From Octopus bimaculoides (lineage: Eukaryota): a stretch of 50,131 nt of DNA. Of the stretch, positions 10,915 to 24,290 are shown in pieces; position 1 is the first letter of the stretch; each line of letters opens with the position of its first letter. The stretch lies in assembly GCF_001194135.2 (NCBI RefSeq), contig NC_068987.1, positions 23,198,439 through 23,248,569 on the forward strand, in the 5' to 3' direction. The notes under the pieces were generated by a model, which worked only from the letters and a program-made list of their open reading frames with translations, was not told the DNA's origin and made no database searches. A program made the translations under genes and the position numbers.

Positions 10915-11870
10915 CTTGTTGTTGTTATTTATATGAGTACTGAACCGTGTTCGATTATATATAATTTGTTGACTGCATTGTGGTTTGGCCTTGGCTTATT
11001 AATCAAACTTTGATTAATAGAGCAACAGATTTTGGTTAAATAGGGCACCAGACTCTGGTTATATAGGGCACCAGATTTTGGTAAATAGAATATAAGGGCT
11101 TTCAGTTGTATTTAAACACATGGAACAGATCTAACTGCTGCCTTTCTGCAATGGTTTAACTGCTGGTGTGCTCTTGTGCTTAGAGAAATATGACCGTTTC
11201 TATCAGGAACTCCACAAGAACCAAATTGACTCACATGCTTATGCACACATACACATGTACACACACACACACACACACACACATATGAGAAGAAAAGCAT
11301 TCAGATCAAAGAATATTCTAATGCACTTTGTTCACTACTGTAGTTAATGTTGCCTTTCTTTGGCCGAAAGTAAAAGCACTTCTCTTGAAAACCTACAATC
11401 AAATGCTGTCCATTTTCCATTGTTCAGTATGTCCTTCCTTTTTATTTGACTGCAAAGAGTAATTTTAAAATGCTGTTGCTGTTATTTCTAGCAGGTCTCA
11501 TTGTCAGACCAAGGCTGCCCTTCTTATCTATTATATTAACTCGTGATAATCTCTGATTCATTAACTATTGCTCATTCCTAATCTTTGTTATCATAAGGTG
11601 ATTAAACTAGATTATTTAAAATACAAGAGTCATTATAATTCAGGCTTATATAATTGAGGTTGTGACATTTTGTTGTCATAATTGTCAAATGATGAAAAAA
11701 TTACACTCCATACCATTTAGGCCCCAAACATAAGATAAGATTTATTTCTTTTCCTATGTTCTTGTGTGTATGTATACACACATACAAGCATATATATGCA
11801 CACACATACATATAACATAAATTATATATATTGTATATAAATTATATATATATATAATAGACAGACAGAC

Positions 11871-11913
<43 letters not shown>

Positions 11914-12471
11914 TAGATAGATAGACATTACATATAGTAATCTTCTACCATATATAGTATATTTGATTTTGTTCTGTTGTAGGTGAAGGTGTACATGGTT
12001 CAACTTAACTTCCTAGTCTCCTCAGTACTCTACCCATTAAGCAATCTACCCACATTCCTCGCGGCCTACCCACTCACTAGCATGTTACCCACCTATCTTA
12101 GTATTTACTAANNNNNNNNNNACACACACACTGAACAAAGAAAGAGCAGATCATGCTCTTCCACCAGACTCTCTAGGTATCTCCCCCCTCCCTCACTCTG
12201 TCTCTCTCAACTTCTCTACTTTCCCCTCCCTTTCCACTTGCCTTCTTCAATACACCAGTCACATGTTAATAGAACAAGGTAGCTCTTTCTTTGATTATTA
12301 TATTGCTGCCAGTATTATTCCCATGCCAACTATCATAGGAATAAAGTAACAGACAATCCTAGACTAGGAAGACAATTAAAAACCATATATCCAATCCTAA
12401 CAACTGGCAAATCTACTCCCTTTATTCTTATCTATATATCTGTATCTATCTATCTATCTAAATACTTATTT

Positions 12472-12523
12472 TATAATTTATATAAGGGCATTACTATATA
12501 GTAATGCCCTTATATAAATTATA
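12472..12523. repeat. Perfect 52-bp palindrome
   Basis: tataatttatataagggcattacta-ta-tagtaatgcccttatataaattata: 25-bp arms are exact reverse complements around a self-complementary TA. Confidence 0.9.
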
Positions 12524-12625
12524 TATATTTATGGAAAAAAACGATGGTTTTTTTTCCTTATGGGTTTTTTTCACGCTGACTACTTGGTAAATTCTTATAA
12601 AGATTTTATCCTATATTATATTACT

Positions 12626-12657
<32 letters not shown>

Positions 12658-13447
12658 NNNNNNNNNNNNNNNNNNNNNNNNNNNNNNNNNNNNNNNNNNN
12701 NNNNNNNNNNNNNNNNNNNNNNNNNNNNNNNNNNNNNNNNNNNNNNNNNNNNNNNNNNNNNNNNNNNNNNNNNNNNNNNNNNNNNNNNNNNNNNNNNNNN
12801 NNNNNNNNNNNNNNNNNNNNNNNNNNNNNNNNNNNNNNNNNNNNNNNNNNNNNNNNNNNNNNNNNNNNNNNNNNNNNNNNNNNNNNNNNNNNNNNNNNNN
12901 NNNNNNNNNNNNNNNNNNNNNNNNNNNNNNNNNNNNNNNNNNNNNNNNNNNNNNNNNNNNNNNNNNNNNNNNNNNNNNNNNNNNNNNNNNNNNNNNNNNN
13001 NNNNNNNNNNNNNNNNNNNNNNNNNNNNNNNNNNNNNNNNNNNNNNNNNNNNNNNNNNNNNNNNNNNNNNNNNNNNNNNNNNNNNNNNNNNNNNNNNNNN
13101 NNNNNNNNNNNNNNNNNNNNNNNNNNNNNNNNNNNNNNNNNNNNNNNNNNNNNNNNNNNNNNNNNNNNNNNNNNNNNNNNNNNNNNNNNNNNNNNNNNNN
13201 NNNNNNNNNNNNNNNNNNNNNNNNNNNNNNNNNNNNNNNNNNNNNNNNNNNNNNNNNNNNNNNNNNNNNNNNNNNNNNNNNNNNNNNNNNNNNNNNNNNN
13301 NNNNNNNNNNNNNNNNNNNNNNNNNNNNNNNNNNNNNNNNNNNNNNNNNNNNNNNNNNNNNNNNATATATGCATACCTTGATCTATCTGCATCTATTTAT
13401 AGCTTTCAATATAGGTTTATCGATTGATTTCCCTCACCTCAATCATG

Positions 13448-13479
<32 letters not shown>

Positions 13480-14146
13480 TTCTGCACATATACACACACA
13501 AACACATAGACGTTTTATTTTACACACTTGCATATCTACATACATGCTTCTCAAAATATATGCATAAATATATTTATCTTTCTCTTTATATATATGTGTA
13601 TATATATGTGCATTTATACATATATATATATATATGTTTGCTTAGTGTCTCTGTCTCATTACACATGCATATACATGCATACACAAATGCATACGTGCAC
13701 ATATATGCATGTCTCTACACGTGCCTATCTAATTAACTATACACATTAAATATACACATGTGCAGTTGAGTGCATTCATTTCATGTTTTGCCTAGCATGG
13801 GTTACAGACTGCTTGCATATCTGTGCACTGTGCAACAGTGCAGATGCAACCAGCTAGACATAATCATGTGCAGCCAGGCGTCCGTTTGTGCATTTTCTTA
13901 GAAATTCTGCCTCCCCTCTTTCCCTCTTTTTCACACATGTGTGTGTTTATACACATAGATGTGCATAATAGCACAGCATCGCAAATATTATGGAAAGCAA
14001 TCATTGTGTATAGCCTTATGGCTAAACAACAGCTAATACAGAATCACATATTGCTAATATATTTTCTGTAAACCATAATGCTAAACTAAAGAGCAATCCA
14101 CAGAATGAATAACTCTTTGCATACACACATACAGATATATATATAC

Positions 14147-14213
<67 letters not shown>

Positions 14214-14951
14214 NNNNNNNNNNNNNNNNNNNNNNNNNNNNNNNNNNNNNNNNNNNNNNNNNNNNNNNNNNNNNNNNNNNNNNNNNNNNNNNNNNNNNNN
14301 NNNNNNNNNNNNNNNNNNNNNNNNNNNNNNNNNNNNNNNNNNNNNNNNNNNNNNNNNNNNNNNNNNNNNNNNNNNNNNNNNNNNNNNNNNNNNNNNNNNN
14401 NNNNNNNNNNNNNNNNNNNNNNNNNNNNNNNNNNNNNNNNNNNNNNNNNNNNNNNNNNNNNNNNNNNNNNNNNNNNNNNNNNNNNNNNNNNNNNNNNNNN
14501 NNNNNNNNNNNNNNNNNNNNNNNNNNNNNNNNNNNNNNNNNNNNNNNNNNNNNNNNNNNNNNNNNNNNNNNNNNNNNNNNNNNNNNNNNNNNNNNNNNNN
14601 NNNNNNNNNNNNNNNNNNNNNNNNNNNNNNNNNNNNNNNNNNNNNNNNNNNNNNNNNNNNNNNNNNNNNNNNNNNNNNNNNNNNNNNNNNNNNNNNNNNN
14701 NNNNNNNNNNNNNNNNNNNNNNNNNNNNNNNNNNNNNNNNNNNNNNNNNNNNNNNNNNNNNNNNNNNNNNNNNNNNNNNNNNNNNNNNNNNNNNNNNNNN
14801 NNNNNNNNNNNNNNNNNNNNNNNNNNNNNNNNNNNNNNNNNNNNNNNNNNNNNNNNNNNNNNNNNNNNNNNNNNNNNNNNNNNNNNNNNNNNNNNNNNNN
14901 NNNNNNNNNNNNNNNNNNNNNNNNNNNNNNNNNNNNNNNNNNNNNNNNNNN

Positions 14952-14999
<48 letters not shown>

Positions 15000-15890
15000 C
15001 ATGTAAAGGTTGTGATTGTTATCGTTATTATTGGCTTGTAGCGGCCTTCAGTGATTCAAGAGTAAAATGTCCACCGAATAGAATCCATTGTTCGGTTTCA
15101 CATGCTGCACTTAATGCTCTTGGGAGAGGCATGAACATCACATTTCTACTCCCTCTTTATCTTCCATGCCTTTGTGCCTAGTTAAGAAAACGATAATATT
15201 TTTTTCGTTATTTGTTGTTCATGTTGATCATCATCGTCATCATCATCATCATCATTATCATCATCATCATTATCATTATTATTATTATTTTTTTTTTTGT
15301 TTCTATTATGTAGAAAACAAACACATAAGAAACTAAAAAAATCGTAACGTATGGCTATACGTTATGAAGGGCCGAATATATTATCCAACTGTGATCTCAA
15401 AGTGAATGCTAGATGTGTGTATGTGTGTGTGTGTTTGTGCTCATTTACATGTGTGCACATGAACTGTGCATGCTCATGTGTACATTAGCAACATGGATGT
15501 TTCAATTCATATCACGATAATGCCATTTGGAACACACATATACTGAAACATGCCAAATATATATATATATATATATATATCACTTACAACTGTTATATAT
15601 TTATGTACACATGGTGGTGCATCAGCATGGCCGCAGCTTTAAGCTGAAACTTTAAAAATAAAAAAAATAAATAAATAAAAATATGTCTAAAATTGCAAGC
15701 ACAGTATTATATGCAAACATCTGAGTCGTGCNNNNNNNNNNTATATATATATATATATTTGTGAGTTGGCATGTTTACATTAACAACATTGTATCATCAT
15801 TGCAGCATTTCATTCATTTTGCTTGTTAAAACATCATAGATCAACATCATCTCTCTCATCAACATAGCATTATATATAAAACCTCATTGA

Positions 15891-15932
<42 letters not shown>

Positions 15933-16087
15933 CATCATTATCACCATCACCATCATCAACATCATTACTATTAAGAATATCATTCCCATATTTTTTAAAA
16001 TTTGATTCCTTCTCGAAGCTGATTTCATTATCATCATTATTATTATTTTTTATTACTATTATTATCATTATTATTATTATTATTATT

Positions 16088-16300
16088 AAGGTGGCAGTTT
16101 GATGGAACCGTTAACATGTTGGACAAAATGCTTAACAGCCTTTCTTCTGGCTTTATGTTCTCTGAGTTCAAATTCCACCAAACTCATCTTTGCCTTTCAT
16201 CCCTCCATGGGGTAAATAAAATAAAGTGTCATTTGAGCACTGGGGTCAATATCATCGACGATCAACTTCCCCTAACATTGCTGGCCTTGAGCCAAAATCT
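16088..16300 (+). mobile_element. SINE family C monomer (diverged), flanked on both sides by (ATT)n
   Basis: aaggtggcag...aaatgcttaac...ctgagttcaaattcc...ttgcctttcatcc...cactggggtcaat...ggccttg matches the monomers at 28613-29019. Confidence 0.7.
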
Positions 16301-16316
16301 GAAACCATTATTATTA

Positions 16317-16347
<31 letters not shown>

Positions 16348-16789
16348 AAATTTTATTTTTATTTCTCATTATTTTGGTGATTAATGGTGAATGCTGATAT
16401 CTAGGCTGAACCTATTGTCACACCGAGAAGATCATTTATTACAGAAAACAAAAACAAAAAAAATAATTCATTAAAAATATTTATGGAAAAAAATAAAATT
16501 TCTGAATTTTAAACTAATCTATGTGTTGTTTCCTTATTGTATGTCAATGATACAGATTTGTGTGTTTGATGGTTTGTTTGTTGTATGGTATAGCATGTGG
16601 TTTATTCTTGGATGATTTATGGAAATGTGTGGATGGTGGTTTCTTTAATGATTGAAGATTCATCAGGGGCTACTGCTGTTACATAAAAAAAAGGCTTAGT
16701 TGTCACTTACAAGTAAGTATGTATGTATACCCTGGTAGCTTGTACACTATTGTTAATTGTTTTAGTTACCAACAGGGTATATCATCTTT

Positions 16790-17130
16790 TTTTACTTGTT
16801 TCTGTGGGTGGGCTGGGGCACTGCCTCAAAGGGTTATGTTGTCGAACGAATCGACCCCCAGTGCTTATGTTTTAAAAGCCTGATACTTATTCTATCGGTC
16901 GCTAGTGTTGAGCAGCTACGTTTTGAGGACATATACAAGCCAACAGCGGTTGTCAAGTGGTGGAGAGAACAAGCACAAATAAATGCACATTTATGTGTAT
17001 GTGTGTGAGCACGGGCGCGTGCATATATATATGATGGGCTTCCTTCAGTTTCCATCAACTAAATACACTCGTAAGACTTCGATCGACCTGGGGCTATTCT
17101 GTTGTAAAAGATACTTGCCCAAGGTGCTAC
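16790..17130 (-). mobile_element. SINE family B, diverged copy
   Basis: Degenerate match to B tail (gaatcgacccccag, tacttattctatcgg, ggttgtcaag), internal microsatellite and head (acttgcccaaggtgc). Confidence 0.65.
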
Positions 17131-17313
17131 AAGAACAAAATTTTAATTTCAAGAGAACAAAAATATGTGCTAGAGAAAAAAAAACATAATTTTGTAGAAT
17201 TTGGTACACGTATTCTTACATACACAACGCAAAAGGCTATTCAGGCTCGATTACTGCTTTGATACGCTTTCTGAAACGACCAGGTGATTTTTATTCGTGT
17301 TGGCCATAGCGTC

Positions 17314-17701
17314 TGTGGAGGCGCAATGGCCCAGTGGTTAGGGCAGCGGACTCGCGGTCATAGGATCGCGGTTTCGATTCTCAGACCGGGCGTTGTGAGT
17401 GTTTATTGACTGAAAACACCTAAAAAAGTTCCACGAGGCTCCAGCAGGGGATGGTGGCGAACCCTGCTGTACTCTTTCACCACAACTTTCTCTCACTCTT
17501 ACTTCCTGTTTCTGTTGTGCCTGTAATTCAAAGGGTCAGCCTTGTCACACTGTGTCACGCTGAATATCCCCGAGAACTACGTTAAGGGTAGACGTGTCTG
17601 TAGAGTGCTCAGCCACTTGCACGTTAATTTCACGAGCAGGCTGTTCCGTTGATCGGATCAACTGGAACCCTCGACGTCGTAAGCGACGGAGTGCCAACAG
17701 A
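17314..17701 (+). mobile_element. SINE family A, full length, 12-bp TSD
   Basis: tRNA-like head (tggcccagtggttagggc ... ggtttcgattc), 3' end acggagtgccaac. Exact target-site duplication GGCCATAGCGTC at 17302-17313 and 17702-17713. Confidence 0.92.
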
Positions 17702-18452
17702 GGCCATAGCGTCCCCAGTATCAGACATCAACGGGTGTATTTAGCCACAAGCAGACATAGACACCCTCTCAGCCCTGCTACTCTTGATCCAGAAAGATGG
17801 AACAGCTGAAGGAGAGTAAGAGGTAGACAGGTGTGGCACCAATAGTCGACTAAACCGAGGCAACGCAGAAATGGTGTGCTTTGCTCAAGGACACAATGTG
17901 TTACCTATTACAGGTATCGATCATGATCCCAACAGCGTAACCACTTGGCCAAGCGCCTTCACTCATACAAATATATAAGACAGCACACCCAATGGAAAGT
18001 CGTCTAAATGATTAGGTAAGACATCCTCAGCTGCACACTACTACTGGTGGCACACAGGCACGTTATGTTTCGCTTCGTCCTGTCCCTTCTAGCTCTTATA
18101 CAACAAGTTATTCACTTTTGAATTAATACGGTTTATATAACTTTCACCGAGGTTTATTCAAAGCAACGGCCACGCTATCTCTCGTCATACTTTTTCAAAA
18201 TTTCCTAATATTGCACTAAATATTTTTCCAATCGTTCTCCACTAGAACTGTCTCCTGATGAAATTTACCCCTTATCCACAAGGCAGTAATATACAGAAGT
18301 TCAGTCTGATTAACCAAGGCCTTTAAGAGATAGATATTCACAGCTTGTACATCAGTCAAGATCCCCGAAAAGCGAAAGAAGGGCCCCTACCGAAAGAAAT
18401 ATTTTTGAAAAATCCTACATAAACACAGAGCTTCTTACAATTTTGAGAGACC

Positions 18453-18535
<83 letters not shown>

Positions 18536-19624
18536 ATCTATCTCTCTATCCCTCTCTCTCTATCTCTCTCTCTCTCTCTTTTCTTTCTTTCTGGGACCGA
18601 CGACAGTCTTCTGCCTTACCAAATTTCTCTCAGGTTCCCTCCCTATCGGTAGCAACCTCATCAACATTGCCAGCTGAAACAATCTACAAAGCATAAGGTC
18701 AGTTTTGATTTTCCCTCGATTAAAGTAATGGCTTCTAACAAAGATGCAATGCCATATATTTGAGGGGCAAGAAGAGGTGTATATTCGACTTAATCAACCC
18801 TAGTATATGACTGATACTTATTTCGAAGATCCCAGGAGAAATAACAGTCCTACGAAGGAGTCTTTACGAGGTTACATGACTTGCTAGAAACAGCAGCAAA
18901 ATTTCCATCACATTATACGCTACCGTCTAAAAAACGGCAGGAGTAAATTATAGGTAATGAATTCATAGTCATACTATGTTTAAACAGAAAGAAAGACAGG
19001 AGTGTCACGGCTGGTCCATTGAATTTAACCTGGGACTAAACAACATAAACGACCAGTGTAGCTGCAGACCTTAACATTGAAGATTAAGAAACGAAACAAA
19101 ATATCAGAAAGTTTATCGTCCGTTGCTCCGCAGTTTCTTCTTATTCATTCCCCGCACACACACTTTTCAGATTAAACTATATGGTATAAAAATCACCAAA
19201 ATGAAAGCAGAAATAAAGGATTTGAGNNNNNNNNNNNNNNNNNNNNNNNNNNNNNNNNNNNNNNNNNNNNNNNNNNNNNNNNNNNNNNNNNNNNNNNNNN
19301 NNNNNNNNNNNNNNNNNNNNNNNNNNNNNNNNNNNNNNNNNNNNNNNNNNNNNNNNNNNNNNNNNNNNNNNNNNNNNNNNNNNNNNNNNNNNNNNNNNNN
19401 NNNNNNNNNNNNNNNNNNNNNNNNNNNNNNNNNNNNNNNNNNNNNNNNNNNNNNNNNNNNNNNNNNNNNNNNNNNNNNNNNNNNNNNNNNNNNNNNNNNN
19501 NNNNNNNNNNNNNNNNNNNNNNNNNNNNNNNNNNNNNNNNNNNNNNNNNNNNNNNNNNNNNNNNNNNNNNNNNNNNNNNNNNNNNNNNNNNNNNNNTGTG
19601 TGTGTGTGTGTGTGTGTATATGTT

Positions 19625-19826
19625 TGTGTGTCTGTGTTTGTCCCCCCAACATCGCTTGACAACCGATGGTGGTGTGTTTACGTCCCCGTAACTTAGCGGT
19701 TCGGCAAAAGAGACCGATAGAATAAGTACTAGGCATCCAAAGAATAAGTCCTGGGGTCGATTTTCTCGACTAAAGGCGGTGCTCCAGCATGGCCGCAGTC
19801 AAATGACTGAAACAAGTCAAAGAGTA
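19625..19826 (+). mobile_element. SINE family B tail module (head probably in the gap)
   Basis: High-identity match to the B tail: gtttgtccccccaacatcgcttgacaaccgatg...gactgaaacaagt. Confidence 0.85.
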
Positions 19827-20048
19827 ATATGGAGTCTTTGGTCGTAGGTCTGCTCGATCAGGCTTCACATGGGGCTAAGCAAGCGACAGCAGCAACGATT
19901 ATAACGACGACAACAGCGACACCAACGACGATAACCAGAACAACGACGATGGCAGCAACAGCGACTACAGTAACAACGACAACAATAACAACAGCATCGG
20001 CAACAACGAAAGCTGCAATAGCCTCAACGACAGCAATATACCCGGCAC

Positions 20049-20470
20049 CAGCGTTGGATTAACGATTAAGCACGTGGCTGGAGCATCAAGGGAAGACAAG
20101 CATCACAGAAATGGTAAATGGTTTACAGCACAAAAGAAATCACTTTGAACTTGCTGAAATAATATTCGGGATGCCTTATCTCAAATAAGTATAAAATCAG
20201 AAGAGATGTTACGTAAGATTAATTTTGAGGATTTAGTCAAAGACTTCGCAATTAAAAAAAAATGTGTTGGAGAAAACTTTTGAAATATAAATAAAGTGGA
20301 ACTATACAAAATAGACATTATTTTCCATGTTGTTGTTAGTTTTGCTTCGTTTTGAAAAATGAAAAATTTAGTTTGTGTTTTATTATTGTTTATATTTTGA
20401 AATACATACATATAGGAACACTAAAATCCTTTAAATCTTAAGGGCCTCTGCGAGTCTTAATCCAGCCCTG
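20049..20470 (+). mobile_element. hAT-derived non-autonomous element (MITE) retaining a transposase C-terminal-like segment
   Basis: Imperfect TIRs CAGCGTTGGATTAA / TTAATCCAGCCCTG; degenerate 8-bp TSD cccggcac / tcctgcaa. 20191-20265 translates IKSEEMLRKINFEDLVKDFAIKKK, resembling hAT dimerisation-domain ends. Second copy at 37425-37722 (-); another related end at 20601-20655. Confidence 0.6.
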
Positions 20471-21540
20471 TCCTGCAACACCTTACCAATTAAAATTCCT
20501 CACAACCAATATTCCATCTGAATTTCTTGTTGAGGTTTTTCACAGAAGCTTGCATTGTAAGCAAAATTTATTTGTTTATTGAAAGTATGTGCACGCACAT
20601 CAGGGCCGAATTATGACCCATACAGGTCCTAAGCGCTTAAAAGATTTTGGTGCCCATATATTCTTTTATTCTTTTACTTGTTTCAGTCATTTGCTCAAAT
20701 TTCATCTTTAAAATCTTGTGCGCACTTAATTTCTTACTTTCTTTTCTTCGTTGCAAAACATATGTGCGCGCAGAGCTTAGAGGAAACAACGCTCCGAAGT
20801 GTTCCGCACACGAATGAGAAAAGCAACAGCAATTTTTTTGACAAGCATCATAGATGCCACAGTGGAATGAGTTCCACCATGAAGCAGAATAATGTTTATT
20901 TTTTATTTAGGATTCAACTACGGCATCACAATCACCAACGGAGACATTGCAGTACAATACATTCAGAAATACCACAATCACCAATTTAGCGCCTATACTG
21001 CATATATTTAGCAATATCACAATTAACAACATATGGCAATGCAGTAAATTTATTGAACAAAATACAGATGCGTCCCACAAAACCATATCCCATAAGGAAA
21101 CATAAAAAATACTGCACAAATATCACTTTATAAACTACCAAACCGTGAGAGAGAGGGGGGAGCGAGAGAGAGAGAGAAAGAAAGACAGACAGACAGACAA
21201 ATTATCCTCAAATTCAGCACAGCAATACCACACACACACAATCAGAATATAACTCTGTATCAGGCCATCAAAGAAGGGGTGGGGAATAATAAACCATAAA
21301 ATAAATAAATACATTTGTATTCCACATAAAACAAAACTAACATTAGAAAATACTATGCATGCATACCTCTACTTACGTCGTTTCGAGTTATGTCTTTTTC
21401 AACTTTACATATAGTTTTTAAGAAATTATTGGAAAGAAAAATAAATAAATATCAACTTCAGTTGGTTTTTCCGAGCGAACAAATTCAAAAGCGTAATTTT
21501 TTTTTAAAAACCACCTAAAAACCAATACCGAAGAGAAAAA

Positions 21541-22653
21541 TCTGATCAATAAGTATCCGGAATGTTGCCATAGTAACGAAGCTGAAGCAGGCATAGTGAA
21601 GATACTTGACACAGAGTGATCTTCAACGTTACTGTGTATGAGCACTAAGTTTTAACGTTCTATATCATTTCTGTTGTTTACAGCAGTACTTGGAAGGAAC
21701 GTGTGTAGCATGTGATCATTGCATTGATTTTTTGTAAAGAGGAAAAAGTCGCAAGGGGCGAGATATGGGGAGTACGGTGGCTGTCGGACCTGAGGAATGC
21801 TGTGCCTAGCCAAAAACTGCTGTACAAGCTGCGCTGAATGGGCAGATTCGTTGTCATCGTGCAAATTTCCACTCACCGGACGTATGCAGTTGTGGCCTTT
21901 TCCGACGAATAGCACCCCGCAAACGCCGCAAAACGTCACGGTAGTACTCCTTGTTTACTGTCTGACCACGTGGAGCATACTCATGATGAACAATCCCCTT
22001 GTAGTCGAAGAAAACGGTTAACAGTGTCTTCACATTGCCTCGACTCATTCGTGCTTTCTTCGGTCTTGGAGTCATAACTCGGAGTCATTGTTTCGGGGTC
22101 ATAGCTATAGACCCACGATTCATCACCCGTCATGACCGTTTTCAAAACGTTTTTCATCGTTCTTGGCACAAAGAGATCTTATGCAACTGAAACCCGCGAG
22201 TCTTTTTGGTCAGCTGAAAGCAGTTTCGGTACAGTCTTGCCAGACTGAACTGAACCGTAACTAATCTGCACATCCTTTGATAACTCACGGATGGTAATTC
22301 AACGATTTCCCCTTACAGCTGCACGCACATCTGCGATGTTTTTCTCAGTTCTGCTGGTTGCAGGTCTACCAGAACATTCGTCACTATCGACATTTTTCGG
22401 CCATCTTAGAAACGTCTAAAGTACTCATACACTCCTCTCCATACACTTTCTGCAGGTATCGCCAAACTTCTGGCAAAATTTGATGCAGGTTTTCTACTTA
22501 ACTTCCTTTGTCTTGGTCAATGCAACGAACACACACTACACATGTTTCTTCTAAGCACTGCTGAAAACAGCGGAAGTGAGCTAGAACGTTAAATCTTAAT
22601 GTTAAAACTTCGTTATTATGGCAACAGTCCGGATACTTATTGATCAAACCACG
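21541..22653 (-). mobile_element. Decayed mariner (DD34D) transposon
   Basis: Minus-strand frames give KTVMTGDESWVYSYDPET, KTLLTVFFDYKGIVHHEY...VNKEYYRDVLRRLRGAIRRKRP and HDDNESAHSA...PPYSPYLAPCDFFLF, with 34 residues between the second and third Asp. ~40-bp terminal inverted match (tgatcaataagtatccgga.tgttgccata.taacgaag); TA at 22654-22655. Frameshifted. Confidence 0.9.
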
Positions 22654-22719
22654 TACATGCGAAAATATGTACAAACCATTTATTAAAACCGATATAAGCT
22701 AATAAATTACCACTACAAT

Positions 22720-23251
22720 TACCAACACCAATACCACTACAACCACCTCTACTACCACTACCAGTAGTATATTAGACTAAAGCACAGTAAAAAAAACAAT
22801 CACTACTACGCTACAATATACCAAAGTAAAGTACACACCATCACCAAAAACAACACAACCAACCACACAAATACACCATAGTACACTCGCAGTAAACTAC
22901 ATAAAACAACCATCACCGCCACAACAACATTCACCACCGCAACCACCATCATCATCACAACCACCACCACGACCACAACCAACACCACCACAACTACCGC
23001 CGCCTCAATAACCACCACCACAACTACCACCACCACAACCATCACTTCCACAACCACCACTATCACAACCATCACCACCACAACCAACACCACCACAACC
23101 ACCACCGTCACAACCATCACCACAACCATCGACACCACAACCAACACCACCACAACCAACACTGCCACAAACAACACCACCACAACCACCACCGTCACAA
23201 CTATCACCACCACAACCACCACCGTCACAACCACCACCACAACCATCACCG
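22720..23251. repeat. Cryptic (ACC/ACA)n trinucleotide array
   Basis: Degenerate accaccacaacc repeats running into a gap. Confidence 0.9.
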
Positions 23252-24120
23252 NNNNNNNNNNNNNNNNNNNNNNNNNNNNNNNNNNNNNNNNNNNNNNNNN
23301 NNNNNNNNNNNNNNNNNNNNNNNNNNNNNNNNNNNNNNNNNNNNNNNNNNNNNNNNNNNNNNNNNNNNNNNNNNNNNNNNNNNNNNNNNNNNNNNNNNNN
23401 NNNNNNNNNNNNNNNNNNNNNNNNNNNNNNNNNNNNNNNNNNNNNNNNNNNNNNNNNNNNNNNNNNNNNNNNNNNNNNNNNNNNNNNNNNNNNNNNNNNN
23501 NNNNNNNNNNNNNNNNNNNNNNNNNNNNNNNNNNNNNNNNNNNNNNNNNNNNNNNNNNNNNNNNNNNNNNNNNNNNNNNNNNNNNNNNNNNNNNNNNNNN
23601 NNNNNNNNNNNNNNNNNNNNNNNNNNNNNNNNNNNNNNNNNNNNNNNNNNNNNNNNNNNNNNNNNNNNNNNNNNNNNNNNNNNNNNNNNNNNNNNNNNNN
23701 NNNNNNNNNNNNNNNNNNNNNNNNNNNNNNNNNNNNNNNNNNNNNNNNNNNNNNNNNNNNNNNNNNNNNNNNNNNNNNNNNNNNNNNNNNNNNNNNNNNN
23801 NNNNNNNNNNNNNNNNNNNNNNNNNNNNNNNNNNNNNNNNNNNNNNNNNNNNNNNNNNNNNNNNNNNNNNNNNNNNNNNNNNNNNNNNNNNNNNNNNNNN
23901 NNNNNNNNNNNNNNNNNNNNNNNNNNNNNNNNNNNNNNNNNNNNNNNNNNNNNNNNNNNNNNNNNNNNNNNNNNNNNNNNNNNNNNNNNNNNNNNNNNNN
24001 NNNNNNNNNNNNNNNNNNNNNNNNNNNNNNNNNNNNNNNNNNNNNNNNNNNNNNNNNNNNNNNNNNNNNNNNNNNNNNNNNNNNNNNNNNNNNNNNNNNN
24101 NNNNNNNNNNNNNNNNNNNN

Positions 24121-24245
24121 TCATCATCATCATCATCATCATCATCATCTTCTTTTTCTTCTTCATCTTCTTCTTCATCATCATCATCATTATCGTCTTC
24201 ATCATCTTCATCATCTTCTTTTTCTTCTTCATCTTTTTCATCTTC

Positions 24246-24290
<45 letters not shown>

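Noticed and set aside
17314-17390. tRNA-like sequences (also heads at 47834, 3158, 30990, 41113, 48578)
   Set aside because: A/B boxes are present but continue into SINE bodies with TSDs and lack a proper acceptor stem. These are SINE heads, not tRNA genes.
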